From a virus (lineage: Duplodnaviria; Caudoviricetes): a DNA stretch of 64,000 nucleotides. Of this stretch, positions 10,124 through 20,193 are shown in pieces (the first letter of the stretch is position 1; each line of letters starts with the position of its first letter). The position numbers and the translations under genes were made by a program. The stretch spans positions 2,838-66,837 of the IMG/VR virus record IMGVR_UViG_3300024283_000013; one strand, given 5' to 3'. The notes under the pieces are model-generated. The model had not been told where the DNA came from and did not search any database. It saw only the letters and a program-made list of their open reading frames with translations.

Positions 10124-12996
10124 CAGCGCGTATCCGCTTCGGGCTGTGGTCGAGGTGCTGGGGGCGCCACTTGAATCGGCTCATCGGGCACGATGCTCGT
10201 CGGCGCGTGTCGCCGGGCCACAGCAGGCTTCGACTCAGCCGGCGGCACATAGGGCGGCGGCACCGGCTTCTTCAGGCTGTTCAATATCTCCTGCGCGCTC
10301 AAACCCTGGTTGCCGTACTTGGCATCGAAGTCCTCGATCGCCCCCTTCTGATCCGGGTCGGTGCGTAGGGCATTGATGATCTTCGCCCAGTTCTGCAAGG
10401 GCATGCGCGTGCCGTTGAGGCGAGTCGGCGCCACGTCCATCCACGTCGCCCAACTATCCGGATTGGCACCCGACGGTGCCGGGGGAAGCGCCTCTTTCTG
10501 TGGCGCAGTAGCTGCCTGCCCGCTCGCCGTCAGCTTGTCCCGCGCCATCTTCGCCCGGTCCCGCATCGGCTGGGCCATCTTGTCCACGTTCTCTTGCGTC
10601 AAAAACTCCCACGGGTTTTTCCCCGCCTTCACCCATGCGTCGTATTGGGCGAGGAACTGCGGCACGAACTGGCTATGGAAGATTTTCTCGCCTTGGGGAT
10701 CACGCAGGCCGGCGAACCCGGGAGCGGCGCTTTCACCGTCGAACGACAGCAGACCCTTGGCGTAGGTCATCATGCTCATCTGAGCCTGGTGCACCATGTT
10801 GTCGTTCACGCTGCGCTGCGACGACGACAACATCCCCTGGAGTTCTTTCACGCCTGCCAAAGTCAGGTCGCCACCGGGCCCGACATGCTTCAGCAACTCG
10901 GTAGGATCGGCGATGCGATTCGGATCGCCCGGCGGCAGGGCGATGCGTTGCATCATCCCCCAGAAGCCGGGTCCATAGGTCATGGTTGCGCCCTCGACGT
11001 CGCTGCCCGACTTCATCTTGGCTGCGTTGATCAGGTGCTCCTTCGTTTGCCAAGTCAGTCGCGGATCCTTGGCGATCCGCCCGACGATACCTGGAGGGAT
11101 CGGCTGTCCACTGGCGAACGACGTCACATACTCGCCCGCCGCCTTGTCGTTGTTGTCCTTCTTCTCCTTCTCGTCGGCCTGGTACTTCAATTGGTCCGCC
11201 GTCGCGAGTTCATTTACCACGCGAAGCGCTGACGCCTTCGTCCGCGGGCTGATGTCGGTGCGCTGCGCGATGCTGTCGATCGCCGCCGCTCGCCGCCGCA
11301 TCGACTGCGCGATCGGATTGGGCACCGCCCCGGGCGCTTCCTGCCGCGGGCCCTGCATATCCATCTCCATGAAGGAGTGCATTTTGTCGTAGCGGTCCTG
11401 CGCCTCCTTCTCGGAACCATAGGACGGGAACTGATCCCAGCCGCCAGCCTTGTCGATGCGCGCCTGGATCTTGTTCCAGTCGAGCTTGTTGTCGTCGTCC
11501 CACAGGATCTGGCCATCCCACACCGACGGGATGTTGTAGTAGCGGCCGTTGTGCTCGACAGTGCCCTGCAGCACGGTCGACGTGGAACGGTCCTCATGGA
11601 CGACGCCGCCCTTGGCCAGTTCATCCAGATGATGCTGGTAGAGGTTCTTTTCCTGCGGCGTCAGTTTCAGCGCCTCGTCAGCCGCCTCGAGGTTGGCACG
11701 CACCGGCACGCGAGCCTGGTCGCCGCGCCACTGGTTCACCCGCTGCGTCAGCCACTCTGGCCAGTTCTGCCCTACCGTGCCTGAGGTGTGGTCGGTTCCC
11801 CACGCAGTATTCGCGCCCTCACGCACGTCGACATGGATGGAGTTGCTGCCCGGGTAGTAGCCGAAGCCCTTGACCCGTGGATCCTTGAGGAACTGGTCAA
11901 CCACCTTCTGCTGCTGCTCGGGACTGAGCCCGCCGAGCGAGATGTCGATCGCATTGCCATGGAGATGCTGGCTGTCCCGCGCGCCCTTGGCTGAAGCGTT
12001 CTGCGATGGCGTGCGATGCCCGGAGGTGACGTTGACCGGAATACCCGCCGCCTTCAGCGCATTGACCGCGTCCATCTGCACCGCGGCCATGCCGGGTGAG
12101 AGCCCTTCGCCGGTGTGCGTGTCGCCCGGAGGATGCGAAGCGGCGGGCGCCCCATCGGGAGGCGTCGCTCCATACTTGCCCATCTCGGTCAGGCCGAGCG
12201 CTGCACCCGCGTCGTCTTCGGACTTGGTTTTGAAATGGTCATAGAGCGTGTGGTAGTCGGTCCCCAAGTGCTCCTTGTAGTTGTCGGTCATCCGGAGCGC
12301 CTTGTCCGGGTCCTTGGCGCCGATGGCGAGGATCTGGGCCTTCGTCGCCGCCTTCAAGCCTTCCTTCTTGGCCGCCTCCCACATCGGGCTGCCAGGCGGG
12401 GCGCCCTGGTTCTCGGCCATCTTGGTGTAGCCCTCGACGACACCCTGGAAATAGCCGCCCACCGTTGGGTTGTCCGCGTTCGCCGAAAGGCCATCGAGGT
12501 TGGTCTTGATCTGCCCTTTGGCCACCTCTCCCGCATAGGCGTTCGCCTGCGTGTCGGCGTGCACGCCCATCTGGCTAGAGAGCACGCTGCGAAGCCGACG
12601 GCTGTCACGATCGAAGTAGAGCTGCTGATCCGCCGACACCAATTTGGAACGAGACGTCTTCAGAAGCTCGTCCATCTTCTTTTCATACGCCGGACGTGCT
12701 CGCAGCGCGGCGTCGCCCTTTAGCGTCATGTACCCGGGCTCGCCCGTCGCGGTGTCGCCGTGCATCAGCTTGTTGGCGGCATCCATGAACTGGTTCGACA
12801 CGTCGTTGGCAGCGATCTCGCCCCACCGATTGCCCGCCTGCTGAAGCTCATTGCCAGCCACAACCGCGCCCGCGCCGAAGTAGTCGCGGTATTGCCGACT
12901 TGGTGCGACCGGCGTCTGCGGTCGAAAGAGCGGCGCCGGGACGTTCGTCGGCGATGGAACGTCGGGGATACCTGCCGTGTCCGGGTTTGTTGCCAT
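10123..12996 (-). CDS. Internal virion protein (gp15-position) with peptidase M15 peptidoglycan-hydrolase domain
   Basis: VTSGHRT...SQHLHGNAIDI...GYY...SIHVDVR matches M15 Zn-peptidase motifs; TGATG coupling on both sides. Confidence 0.75.
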   Translation of the reverse strand: MATNPDTAGIPDVPSPTNVPAPLFRPQTPVAPSRQYRDYFGAGAVVAGNELQQAGNRWGEIAANDVSNQFMDAANKLMHGDTATGEPGYMTLKGDAALRARPAYEKKMDELLKTSRSKLVSADQQLYFDRDSRRLRSVLSSQMGVHADTQANAYAGEVAKGQIKTNLDGLSANADNPTVGGYFQGVVEGYTKMAENQGAPPGSPMWEAAKKEGLKAATKAQILAIGAKDPDKALRMTDNYKEHLGTDYHTLYDHFKTKSEDDAGAALGLTEMGKYGATPPDGAPAASHPPGDTHTGEGLSPGMAAVQMDAVNALKAAGIPVNVTSGHRTPSQNASAKGARDSQHLHGNAIDISLGGLSPEQQQKVVDQFLKDPRVKGFGYYPGSNSIHVDVREGANTAWGTDHTSGTVGQNWPEWLTQRVNQWRGDQARVPVRANLEAADEALKLTPQEKNLYQHHLDELAKGGVVHEDRSTSTVLQGTVEHNGRYYNIPSVWDGQILWDDDNKLDWNKIQARIDKAGGWDQFPSYGSEKEAQDRYDKMHSFMEMDMQGPRQEAPGAVPNPIAQSMRRRAAAIDSIAQRTDISPRTKASALRVVNELATADQLKYQADEKEKKDNNDKAAGEYVTSFASGQPIPPGIVGRIAKDPRLTWQTKEHLINAAKMKSGSDVEGATMTYGPGFWGMMQRIALPPGDPNRIADPTELLKHVGPGGDLTLAGVKELQGMLSSSQRSVNDNMVHQAQMSMMTYAKGLLSFDGESAAPGFAGLRDPQGEKIFHSQFVPQFLAQYDAWVKAGKNPWEFLTQENVDKMAQPMRDRAKMARDKLTASGQAATAPQKEALPPAPSGANPDSWATWMDVAPTRLNGTRMPLQNWAKIINALRTDPDQKGAIEDFDAKYGNQGLSAQEILNSLKKPVPPPYVPPAESKPAVARRHAPTSIVPDEPIQVAPPAPRPQPEADTR

Positions 12997-13793
12997 CAGA
13001 GCGCCAGAAACGATAGCAACTCGCCGACATCAGCGAAGGAACTCGCGCCCGCAGCAGCACTTGCGCCAGAGGCCGCACTAGCCGCACCGCCGTAGTCTGG
13101 TATCAAACCACCGCCAGCCTGGATGGCTCCCTGCGCTCCTGTATTCCCGCCCGGGGTGGAAAGCTGTCCACCGCCGAATATGCCCCCCACCTTGTCTCCA
13201 ATCCAACTCCACGGCAGCGACGACGCCGAAGAGAGCAGCGTCCCGCCAGCCGCCAACTGGCCACCCTGCAGCGCATATGGCGCCATGCTTCGAGCGAAAG
13301 CAGCATTCGAGCGCAACAGGTTGGCCTGCGAAGTATCGAGTGCCGACTGCGTGCGGAAATTCGACGCCGAAACACGATAGCCCCAGTTGGACAGTTGCGC
13401 GTTCGCCAGCACGTTCTCCTCGTTGAACACACCCGCCGCGGCCGCATCAGCGCGCGTCTCCACCGCCGAGCCGGTATTCACGTCGACGTTGTTGGCCGCC
13501 TGGTTGGCCTTCATCTTGCCGACCGTCGCGGCCGACTTCTCGCCCTCGACCGTGGCGTTGGTCACGCCGCCTGCCACCGTGCGCGCGCCGATCTCTTCCG
13601 CCGCCTTGGCATTGTTCTCCGCCACCGCCGCCTGATAGTCCGACACCTGCGCCGCGTAATCCTGCTGGCTCGCTTGGTACTGTTCCTGCGCGTAGGCCGT
13701 CTGTCCGGCGATGTTCTGTCCACCAGCCTTGGTGGCTCCGCCGAGAAGGTTCAAACCGCCGCCGATGGCGGATGCCGCTTCACCCCATGACAT
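12996..13793 (-). CDS. Internal virion protein (T7 gp14-like)
   Basis: Ala/Gln/Gly-rich; MKANQAANNVDVNTGSAVETRADAA matches the gp14-type GxQxA..A.GV....GS pattern; synteny. Confidence 0.7.
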   Translation of the reverse strand: MSWGEAASAIGGGLNLLGGATKAGGQNIAGQTAYAQEQYQASQQDYAAQVSDYQAAVAENNAKAAEEIGARTVAGGVTNATVEGEKSAATVGKMKANQAANNVDVNTGSAVETRADAAAAGVFNEENVLANAQLSNWGYRVSASNFRTQSALDTSQANLLRSNAAFARSMAPYALQGGQLAAGGTLLSSASSLPWSWIGDKVGGIFGGGQLSTPGGNTGAQGAIQAGGGLIPDYGGAASAASGASAAAGASSFADVGELLSFLAL

Positions 13794-14337
13794 GGGCGCC
13801 CTCCGGTTCGAAAAGGAAGGACACCACCGCGCTCAAGCCCGCAGGCTTCCAAAGGTCCGGGTTGCGCTTCACATACTTGACCATCCGATGCCGCGCTGCC
13901 GCCGAGTAGGCAGGCCTCCCTTCGCCTGTTCCATCGCCCGGCGCTTCTGCCGAAAACCCAAGGAATGCCATCAGGCGCAACGCTGCCTCATCTCCGTCCA
14001 AAACCGTCGTAACCAGTATCCGCTTGGTCAATGTGATCTCGTCCAGACACTTCCGGATTTCCCGAATCAGTGTGAGGGGATAATGATGCGCTTCGCGTGA
14101 AACAGCCAGCCAAACGTACCCGCAGGGCGACATGAAGTTCCCGTCCACCCCGCCAAGCCCAACCAGTTCGCCGTCGATCATCAGTGCCTTGCGATAATAA
14201 CTGCGGTCGTAAATGCTCCGCAGCGTCCGGTGCGTCTCGAGCCCGACCTTGGCCAGCGCCACCATATGCTCGGCGCGCAGCATGCGACTCATCCGGCCGC
14301 AGTCGGGCGTGCGAGCCTCGCGAATGATGACCTTCAT
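13780..14337 (-). CDS. GNAT-fold protein, T7 gp13/internal virion protein A-like
   Basis: Start re-assigned to ATG 14337 (MKVIIREART), ATGA overlap with nozzle stop; DGELVGLGG, GYVWL, ALRLMAFLGF; canonical position. Confidence 0.7.
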   Translation of the reverse strand: MKVIIREARTPDCGRMSRMLRAEHMVALAKVGLETHRTLRSIYDRSYYRKALMIDGELVGLGGVDGNFMSPCGYVWLAVSREAHHYPLTLIREIRKCLDEITLTKRILVTTVLDGDEAALRLMAFLGFSAEAPGDGTGEGRPAYSAAARHRMVKYVKRNPDLWKPAGLSAVVSFLFEPEGAHVMG

Positions 14338-17300
14338 CCTGCGACCTCCGCCTTCTGCCCGCGCCCTTCCTTCATCTGAGGCGGATCGCCAGGCTGATCG
14401 TCCGCCGCGAAGCTCAGCACGTTGAGCGGCAATGGCTGGCGCTGCTGGAACGCCACCTGCCCAGGAATCTCGAACCCGCCCTGGATGGTGACGCGGATGT
14501 TGCCGGTGAACAGCGGCACGAGGCTCGAGCCGTAGGCCGGCACCGCGCCATCGGGCACCACGGTCATATTGTTCCAGGGCGTCGCGATCTGCATCGGGCT
14601 CAAAGTCGAACCGTCGACCTGATTGCTGCCTGCCTCGAACCCGCGCGAAGCCTCGATGCGCGCCACCACTGCAGGGACCTTCTTGCGCTGGCCTTGCTCG
14701 GTCACACCCGGCGGGTCGAGGTAGATGCTCTGCAACTGGGCCGTGAACGACAGGCCGAGCACCACGTTCGACGCCGGAGCGGAAAGGGTGATCGAGCCAT
14801 CGGCCGCCACCACCTGAGGCGGGATCACATTGCCGTCCGCCACGCCGGTCACCGTCGCGCCAATCAGGTAGTTGAGCCCCGTGATCCGCGTCACCGGCGC
14901 CGTCATGGTCCAGTTGCCGGACGCCACTGGCGGCACCACGCCACCTCCAAGACCATCTGGAACGATGCGCGTGAACGGCGAGGTGACGTTGGCGATTGCC
15001 TGCGTCGTGCCCAGCACCTGAGTGATCGTGGCGATGCCGCCGGCCGCACGCACCACATTGCCGATATTCGTGTTGTCGAACACCGCCGCAGTCGCCGTCA
15101 GCATCGCGCTGTTGTCCAGCGTGCACGCCGCCAGGAAGCCCTGCCCGCCTTCGCTGCCTGCCGGGTCATAGGCATAGAACCGCGGCCGCGAGTATCCGCT
15201 CCCGCCGCTCACCACCGTCAGGCCAGTGATGACCCCGCCGACGATGATCGGCGTCAGGACCGCGCCCGTACCGCTGCCCAGACCCTGATCGTCGACCACG
15301 CTGATTTGCGTCCCAGCCGTCCAGCCCGAACCGCCAAAGGCCACCACCGGCAACGTGATCGTCCCCGCTCCCACGGCCGAGCCGATGATGAGCGTCGCCG
15401 CCGGCTCCGGCTGCGCCAGCGCCCGCCCGCAATCGACACACCACGCATCGTCGATGTTGTTCCATATCCGGTCGTTCATGCGCTCGATGGTGTACGCCGT
15501 GTGCGCCCCGATCGTGCGCTTCACCCCCGTATAGAGCGCGTCTACCGGCAGTTCGGTGACCGCGCAGATCGTGGCGAAGAAGCCCGCCGTATCATGCCGA
15601 GCCCAAGCGGCAATCTGTTCCGCCTTCAGGTAGGTGAGGCTGAGCAGGATGCCGTCCTCGCGCGCCACCCAGAAGATTTTGTACGGCTCCTCCGTCCATG
15701 CGCCCTCCTGCATCTGCAGGCCGGTGAAGAGGTGCGAGGAATTGAGCGTCAGGTCCGCGCCCGTGTAGATGTTCTGGTAGAACTGGTAGGTCAGGTCCCG
15801 GAAGATCGAGCCCTTGCTTTGCAGGTAGATGATGTCCTCGCCGATGACCACCGGCGGGAAATGGTTGTGAGCACCGTTGAACGCCTGCGGCTGCGCCTGC
15901 TGATTGGCCGGCGTGAGGGCCTGCGGATTGAGCGATGAGCCGCCGGGCCCGGTGAGCTGCCACGCCTCTCGCCCGGTCAGCACCACGAGGCCACCAGGCC
16001 GGTCGATCATCCACTGGATGCCGTCCACCTGCACCGACCACGGCGCCCCGGTGATCGCATCGCTGTCGATCGTCGGCGTGCGTGTGTCGAAGTTACGGAA
16101 CGCGCCCGGCTGGCTCATGAAGTAGGTGTCAGGCTGATTCAGCGTATCGGCGAAGACGCGACGCTCCTGCACGTAGGAGACGGTCGACGGGAAGTCGCTC
16201 GAGGTCGGGAACGGGTTCTTGTGCGTCGGCGGGACGATGGTGAAGTTAGGCACCACGTTCGAATCGATGAAGACCACGCCATCGGTGACCGGCGCGATCA
16301 GACCTATCGGCATGCCGATGTTCTGCGCGATGTCGTAGGTCACCGCCGCCTTGTAGACGTTGTAGAGCACCGCCCCCGGGACGCTTCCCCAGGAGATGGA
16401 GACCGACCCCGGCGTGGCGGCGATGTCGATGGCACTGAAAAGCTGCCCGTAGGTGGGAACGCTCTCGGAGCCGTCGGCCGCCACTGCCGTCACCGCGTAC
16501 AAATAAAAAGCATTCCCCACCCCGCCCGTCGCCGCCACGTTCACCACGCTCGGCGAATCGATGGACTCTCCCGCCACCACCGCCGCGAAGGACCAGTTCG
16601 TATCCGAGTGTCGCGTCAGGTCGTAGGGCTGGTAGACCGCATTCGTCTCCTGATTGAGGCAGCAGAACGTCATGGTGTCGGCGCTCTGCGCCCACTTCAG
16701 CCACTGGAGATCCTGCTCGCTGTACGGCGTCCCGGTGGTATAGATGCGCGCTGCCAGGCCGCCCGAGGCGTAGGGCGTGAACGAGGTGGTGTCGACCGGA
16801 TTGCCGTAGATGTCGAAAATCTCGAACGTCGTCGCCGTCGGATTGTGGACGACGTAGGTCTCGTTGTTCACCTGCGTCATCCCGGCGACGCCGCTGAGAT
16901 TGACCCAGTCACCCGCCACGAACGGCTGCGGCGTGTTCGCCCACGTCACATTGAATGCCGCGCCCATGCCGCTCCCTGTCGTGCTCGCCTGCAGAACCGG
17001 GTTGGGAGGAAAGACGCTGTAGCCGCCAGGCGCGTGCACCGTGACAGCGTGGATGCCCATCAGCGCCCCGGTGAAGGTGGCCCCAGTGCCGCTGCCCGAG
17101 GTCGATGCCTGCGTGAACGTCCCGCCCGTCGAGTTGGCGGTGAAGACGCCTGCATTCGTGATGGCGAACGTCAATACGCCAAGCTGGACGTTCAACTGCG
17201 CACCAGCGAGACCAGCGCCGGTCACCGGCTCGGCCGCGGGCGTCGTGGGATTGACCGAATAGCTGCCCGCCAGCGCGATGTAGTTGACCGCCGTGATCGC

Positions 17301-18020
17301 GCCGCCGCTGATCGTGACGTTCGCTTGGAAACGTGTCCCTGTCCCGGTCGTCCCGGTCACCGTCGCTGTCCCGTTCGTGCCGCCTGCGCCGCCCGCGGTA
17401 ATCGTGGCCGACACCACCTTGGTCGTCGCCACGGTGAGGATCGCTGCCGTCGTCTGCGTCCCGCCCGTGAGGTGGATCGTGTCGGCTGGCGCATAGACCC
17501 CGCCGCCCGGCAGAAGGACATGCAGGCCAAGGAGATGCGTCGTGGTCACCGCGAGCGTCGCCGGCACCGCGAACGTTCCGCCCGCCAAGGAGATGAAGTC
17601 GCCCGGTGCGTAACTCGCCGTCACCCCGGCATTCAGCGGCGTCGCCGCGGTCGCCCCGTTCGTGGTGATCGACACAATGCCAGGGTTGCTGTTCGTGATG
17701 CCCGAGATCGGCAGCGGCGTCTCTGTGACGTAGGCCCCGTTCTTGATCACCCGCATGTAGAAGTCGCCGAACTCGAGCGCGAGACCCTGGTTGATCGAGA
17801 ACTGGAAGGTGATCAGCCGCGGCGGAAAATCCCGGCCGGTCTGCTTGGAGAAGCCGACGAACGCCGTCCCTGCGCGCGAGTAATAGCCACCGGAAAACTT
17901 GGGGAACCCGTTGCGCATCGTCGACGCCGCAACCTTGGTGCGCGCCAGGTCCTGCCGGCCGAACAGTCCGGGCGATACCTCGCCAAGGGTGAAGGCCGAT
18001 TGCTGGAAGGGGAAAGCCAT
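14334..18020 (-). CDS. Tail nozzle (tail tubular protein B), enlarged to 1228 aa
   Basis: FTLGEVSPGLFGRQDL N-terminus, RLITFQFSINQGLALEFGDFYMRV, QERRVFA, AWARHDT, VVLGLSFTAQLQ. Confidence 0.85.
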   Translation of the reverse strand: MAFPFQQSAFTLGEVSPGLFGRQDLARTKVAASTMRNGFPKFSGGYYSRAGTAFVGFSKQTGRDFPPRLITFQFSINQGLALEFGDFYMRVIKNGAYVTETPLPISGITNSNPGIVSITTNGATAATPLNAGVTASYAPGDFISLAGGTFAVPATLAVTTTHLLGLHVLLPGGGVYAPADTIHLTGGTQTTAAILTVATTKVVSATITAGGAGGTNGTATVTGTTGTGTRFQANVTISGGAITAVNYIALAGSYSVNPTTPAAEPVTGAGLAGAQLNVQLGVLTFAITNAGVFTANSTGGTFTQASTSGSGTGATFTGALMGIHAVTVHAPGGYSVFPPNPVLQASTTGSGMGAAFNVTWANTPQPFVAGDWVNLSGVAGMTQVNNETYVVHNPTATTFEIFDIYGNPVDTTSFTPYASGGLAARIYTTGTPYSEQDLQWLKWAQSADTMTFCCLNQETNAVYQPYDLTRHSDTNWSFAAVVAGESIDSPSVVNVAATGGVGNAFYLYAVTAVAADGSESVPTYGQLFSAIDIAATPGSVSISWGSVPGAVLYNVYKAAVTYDIAQNIGMPIGLIAPVTDGVVFIDSNVVPNFTIVPPTHKNPFPTSSDFPSTVSYVQERRVFADTLNQPDTYFMSQPGAFRNFDTRTPTIDSDAITGAPWSVQVDGIQWMIDRPGGLVVLTGREAWQLTGPGGSSLNPQALTPANQQAQPQAFNGAHNHFPPVVIGEDIIYLQSKGSIFRDLTYQFYQNIYTGADLTLNSSHLFTGLQMQEGAWTEEPYKIFWVAREDGILLSLTYLKAEQIAAWARHDTAGFFATICAVTELPVDALYTGVKRTIGAHTAYTIERMNDRIWNNIDDAWCVDCGRALAQPEPAATLIIGSAVGAGTITLPVVAFGGSGWTAGTQISVVDDQGLGSGTGAVLTPIIVGGVITGLTVVSGGSGYSRPRFYAYDPAGSEGGQGFLAACTLDNSAMLTATAAVFDNTNIGNVVRAAGGIATITQVLGTTQAIANVTSPFTRIVPDGLGGGVVPPVASGNWTMTAPVTRITGLNYLIGATVTGVADGNVIPPQVVAADGSITLSAPASNVVLGLSFTAQLQSIYLDPPGVTEQGQRKKVPAVVARIEASRGFEAGSNQVDGSTLSPMQIATPWNNMTVVPDGAVPAYGSSLVPLFTGNIRVTIQGGFEIPGQVAFQQRQPLPLNVLSFAADDQPGDPPQMKEGRGQKAEVAG

Positions 18021-18029
18021 CGCGCTTCC

Positions 18030-18938
18030 CTAGTATGCGCTTCCGTCCGAGAAGCCGACGCTCCCCGTCCAGCCTGCACCCCACGTTCCCCATGTCCCCG
18101 TGCCGCCAGCCGCGAACGGCCCCGCACCCCACGCCCAGCTCGACGTTCCCGCAAATCGCGCCTGCGTCCACGATGCCATGTGATCCGTTGATGTAGTTCC
18201 TTCATTCCCGTCCGCGATACGCGCCTCTCCAATTTTCTGTTTCGCTATAGCGATCTGCTCGTCCCGGATTTTGATGGCCTGCTGGCGGTCCTTCTCCATC
18301 CACAGCCCGACGCAAATCTCGCTCGCCATGTAGGCGATCATCGCCCCCAGGAAGAGCGGGTCCCACAGCGACGGGTAGACGGCGTCGAACGTGTAGATGC
18401 AGGAGGCGTTCTGCACATTCGACAGGATCACCGTCGATCCCACCGGGCTCTGCCCCTGCTGGTTGGTCCCGTCCGGGCCCGGCGCCGTGACGATGTTCGG
18501 ATCGTTCGTCACCAGATAGAGCGACGGCCGAATCGGCAGCCACAGTTGTGCCGGCTGCTGCCCCGACGTCAGCGGCGAACTAGCGTTCGGCGGCGTGATG
18601 TTGCCCGTCGGCGTGAACGGCGTCTGGTAAGGGTTCCAGGGGATGTAGCGGATGCGCGCGCAGTCGGCGGGATAGAAATATTCGTACTGGAACTGCCCGC
18701 TCGCCACCGACGTGCTCACGTTCGGCGTGTTGCCGCTCTGGTCGGCCAGCAGGAGCAGCGGCTTTTGCGTCCGCGCGAACTGCCATGGTGCGCCGCGCAT
18801 CAGTTCTCGCCGGCACTTGGCGTAGGCTCGCAGGCACAGGTTCGCCTCGCGGCCGCCCTCCTCGATATTGCCAAGCTCGACATCGCGTCCTACCGCATCG
18901 AGAGCCAAATTCGCGACATCGGTCGGGGTGTAGCTCAT
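18030..18938 (-). CDS. Tail adaptor (tail tubular protein A) paralog 3
   Basis: TDVANLALDAVG; WQFARTQKPL; EYFYPADCARIR; WDPLFLGAMIAYMASEIC. Confidence 0.8.
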   Translation of the reverse strand: MSYTPTDVANLALDAVGRDVELGNIEEGGREANLCLRAYAKCRRELMRGAPWQFARTQKPLLLLADQSGNTPNVSTSVASGQFQYEYFYPADCARIRYIPWNPYQTPFTPTGNITPPNASSPLTSGQQPAQLWLPIRPSLYLVTNDPNIVTAPGPDGTNQQGQSPVGSTVILSNVQNASCIYTFDAVYPSLWDPLFLGAMIAYMASEICVGLWMEKDRQQAIKIRDEQIAIAKQKIGEARIADGNEGTTSTDHMASWTQARFAGTSSWAWGAGPFAAGGTGTWGTWGAGWTGSVGFSDGSAY

Positions 18939-19558
18939 TGCCGGAACTTCTCTAGATACTCTATGGCGCGAGCTAGAATGCGATCATCCTCCCGAAGAAG
19001 CCCTATTCCCTGATTGCAGCGGGCGCACAGCAGCCCACGAACCCGGCCAGTTCTATGATCGTGGTCGATACACGCAGTACGCTTGTCCTTTCGCCCCTCC
19101 GGAACCGCATTTAGATCGTCGCAACAGATGGCACATAGGCCGTCCTGCTCATGGAAGATGGTCTGCCACTGCTCTTTCGTCAGACCGAATTTCTGCTTAA
19201 CGGCGCCCCACTTTGCCTGTGCCTTTCTCTTGTTCGAATCACGCGCGTAGCGCGCTCTGTCTCGAAGGCGAGAGCATTCCAAGCATTCCGAATTGCGCCC
19301 AGAAACCGTCGTCCAATTCTTCCCGAACGAATCTGCTGCTTTAGCAGCGCCGCACTCGCGGCAAGAAAGCGTCGCCGCCTCCGCATCTGACAGAGAGCGC
19401 AGCCTCCTGTTTTCTTCTTGCCACGCCCTAACGTACCCGCGCCGGCAATCTCTGCATTGACCGCTCAATCTTCCCCTCTCCCGACTAAATGCCGACAAAG
19501 GCTTTTCCTCTAAGCATTTGCGACAAGCGCGCAAAGATGCGGGGAGAAGGTCATTCAT
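18935..19558 (-). CDS. Endonuclease VII-family (homing) endonuclease
   Basis: CAICC...CIDHDHRTGRVRGLLCARCNQGIG; two N-terminal CxxC Zn fingers; ATGA-coupled between adaptor genes. Confidence 0.85.
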   Translation of the reverse strand: MNDLLPASLRACRKCLEEKPLSAFSRERGRLSGQCRDCRRGYVRAWQEENRRLRSLSDAEAATLSCRECGAAKAADSFGKNWTTVSGRNSECLECSRLRDRARYARDSNKRKAQAKWGAVKQKFGLTKEQWQTIFHEQDGLCAICCDDLNAVPEGRKDKRTACIDHDHRTGRVRGLLCARCNQGIGLLREDDRILARAIEYLEKFRQ

Positions 19559-20193
19559 CTGTCTTCCAGTTCAGACATCATACGGGCCGACTGTGATTCT
19601 GGCACAGTCATCTTGCTCGTATCCAGCCCTACAAGGGACGGCCCCGCCAAAGCCGCCAGTCTAGCCGCAAGTGATTCCGTGAAGGCTTGGTCCCAACTCC
19701 CCGGGTCAGTGACGCGCCGCGTGTAGACCGCAATCGCGTTCGGCACATTTGTTAAAATCACCCAGCCCGGCGCCGTTGGAATACTCGGCGGGTTGGGATA
19801 CTTGTCGTTCGCCTCAGTGAACGGGTAGAAGCGCGGGTCTGCATTAATTACAAATCCTGGCTGAGGCTTCACCATCCGGATCTTCAAAGCATCATCGGGA
19901 TAAAGGTATTCCCACATAAATCCTACGGGGGGATTGGTTGTTGGACTCCAGACATTCGGCGGGAAATAGCCGCCAACTGGTGCCGACTTGACCACCGTGA
20001 GAGAGACCGACGCTTGAGCAAAATCGTAATCAAACTCACGAAGCATTGTATCGCGAGCGTTGCCGTACAAATCCAGCATCACCGCCGCCTGGTCCGAGCC
20101 GTCAAGCAGCGTGCCGACGCGCATCTTCAGGCCCATGCGGGCGAAGGCGTTGTTGGCAATATCGGCCGGCGAGCGGAGGGAACGATCAGCCAT
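19555..20193 (-). CDS. Tail adaptor (tail tubular protein A) paralog 2
   Basis: ADIANNAFARMG; YDFAQASVSL; EYLYPDDALKIR; WDQAFTESLAARLA. Confidence 0.8.
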   Translation of the reverse strand: MADRSLRSPADIANNAFARMGLKMRVGTLLDGSDQAAVMLDLYGNARDTMLREFDYDFAQASVSLTVVKSAPVGGYFPPNVWSPTTNPPVGFMWEYLYPDDALKIRMVKPQPGFVINADPRFYPFTEANDKYPNPPSIPTAPGWVILTNVPNAIAVYTRRVTDPGSWDQAFTESLAARLAALAGPSLVGLDTSKMTVPESQSARMMSELEDR

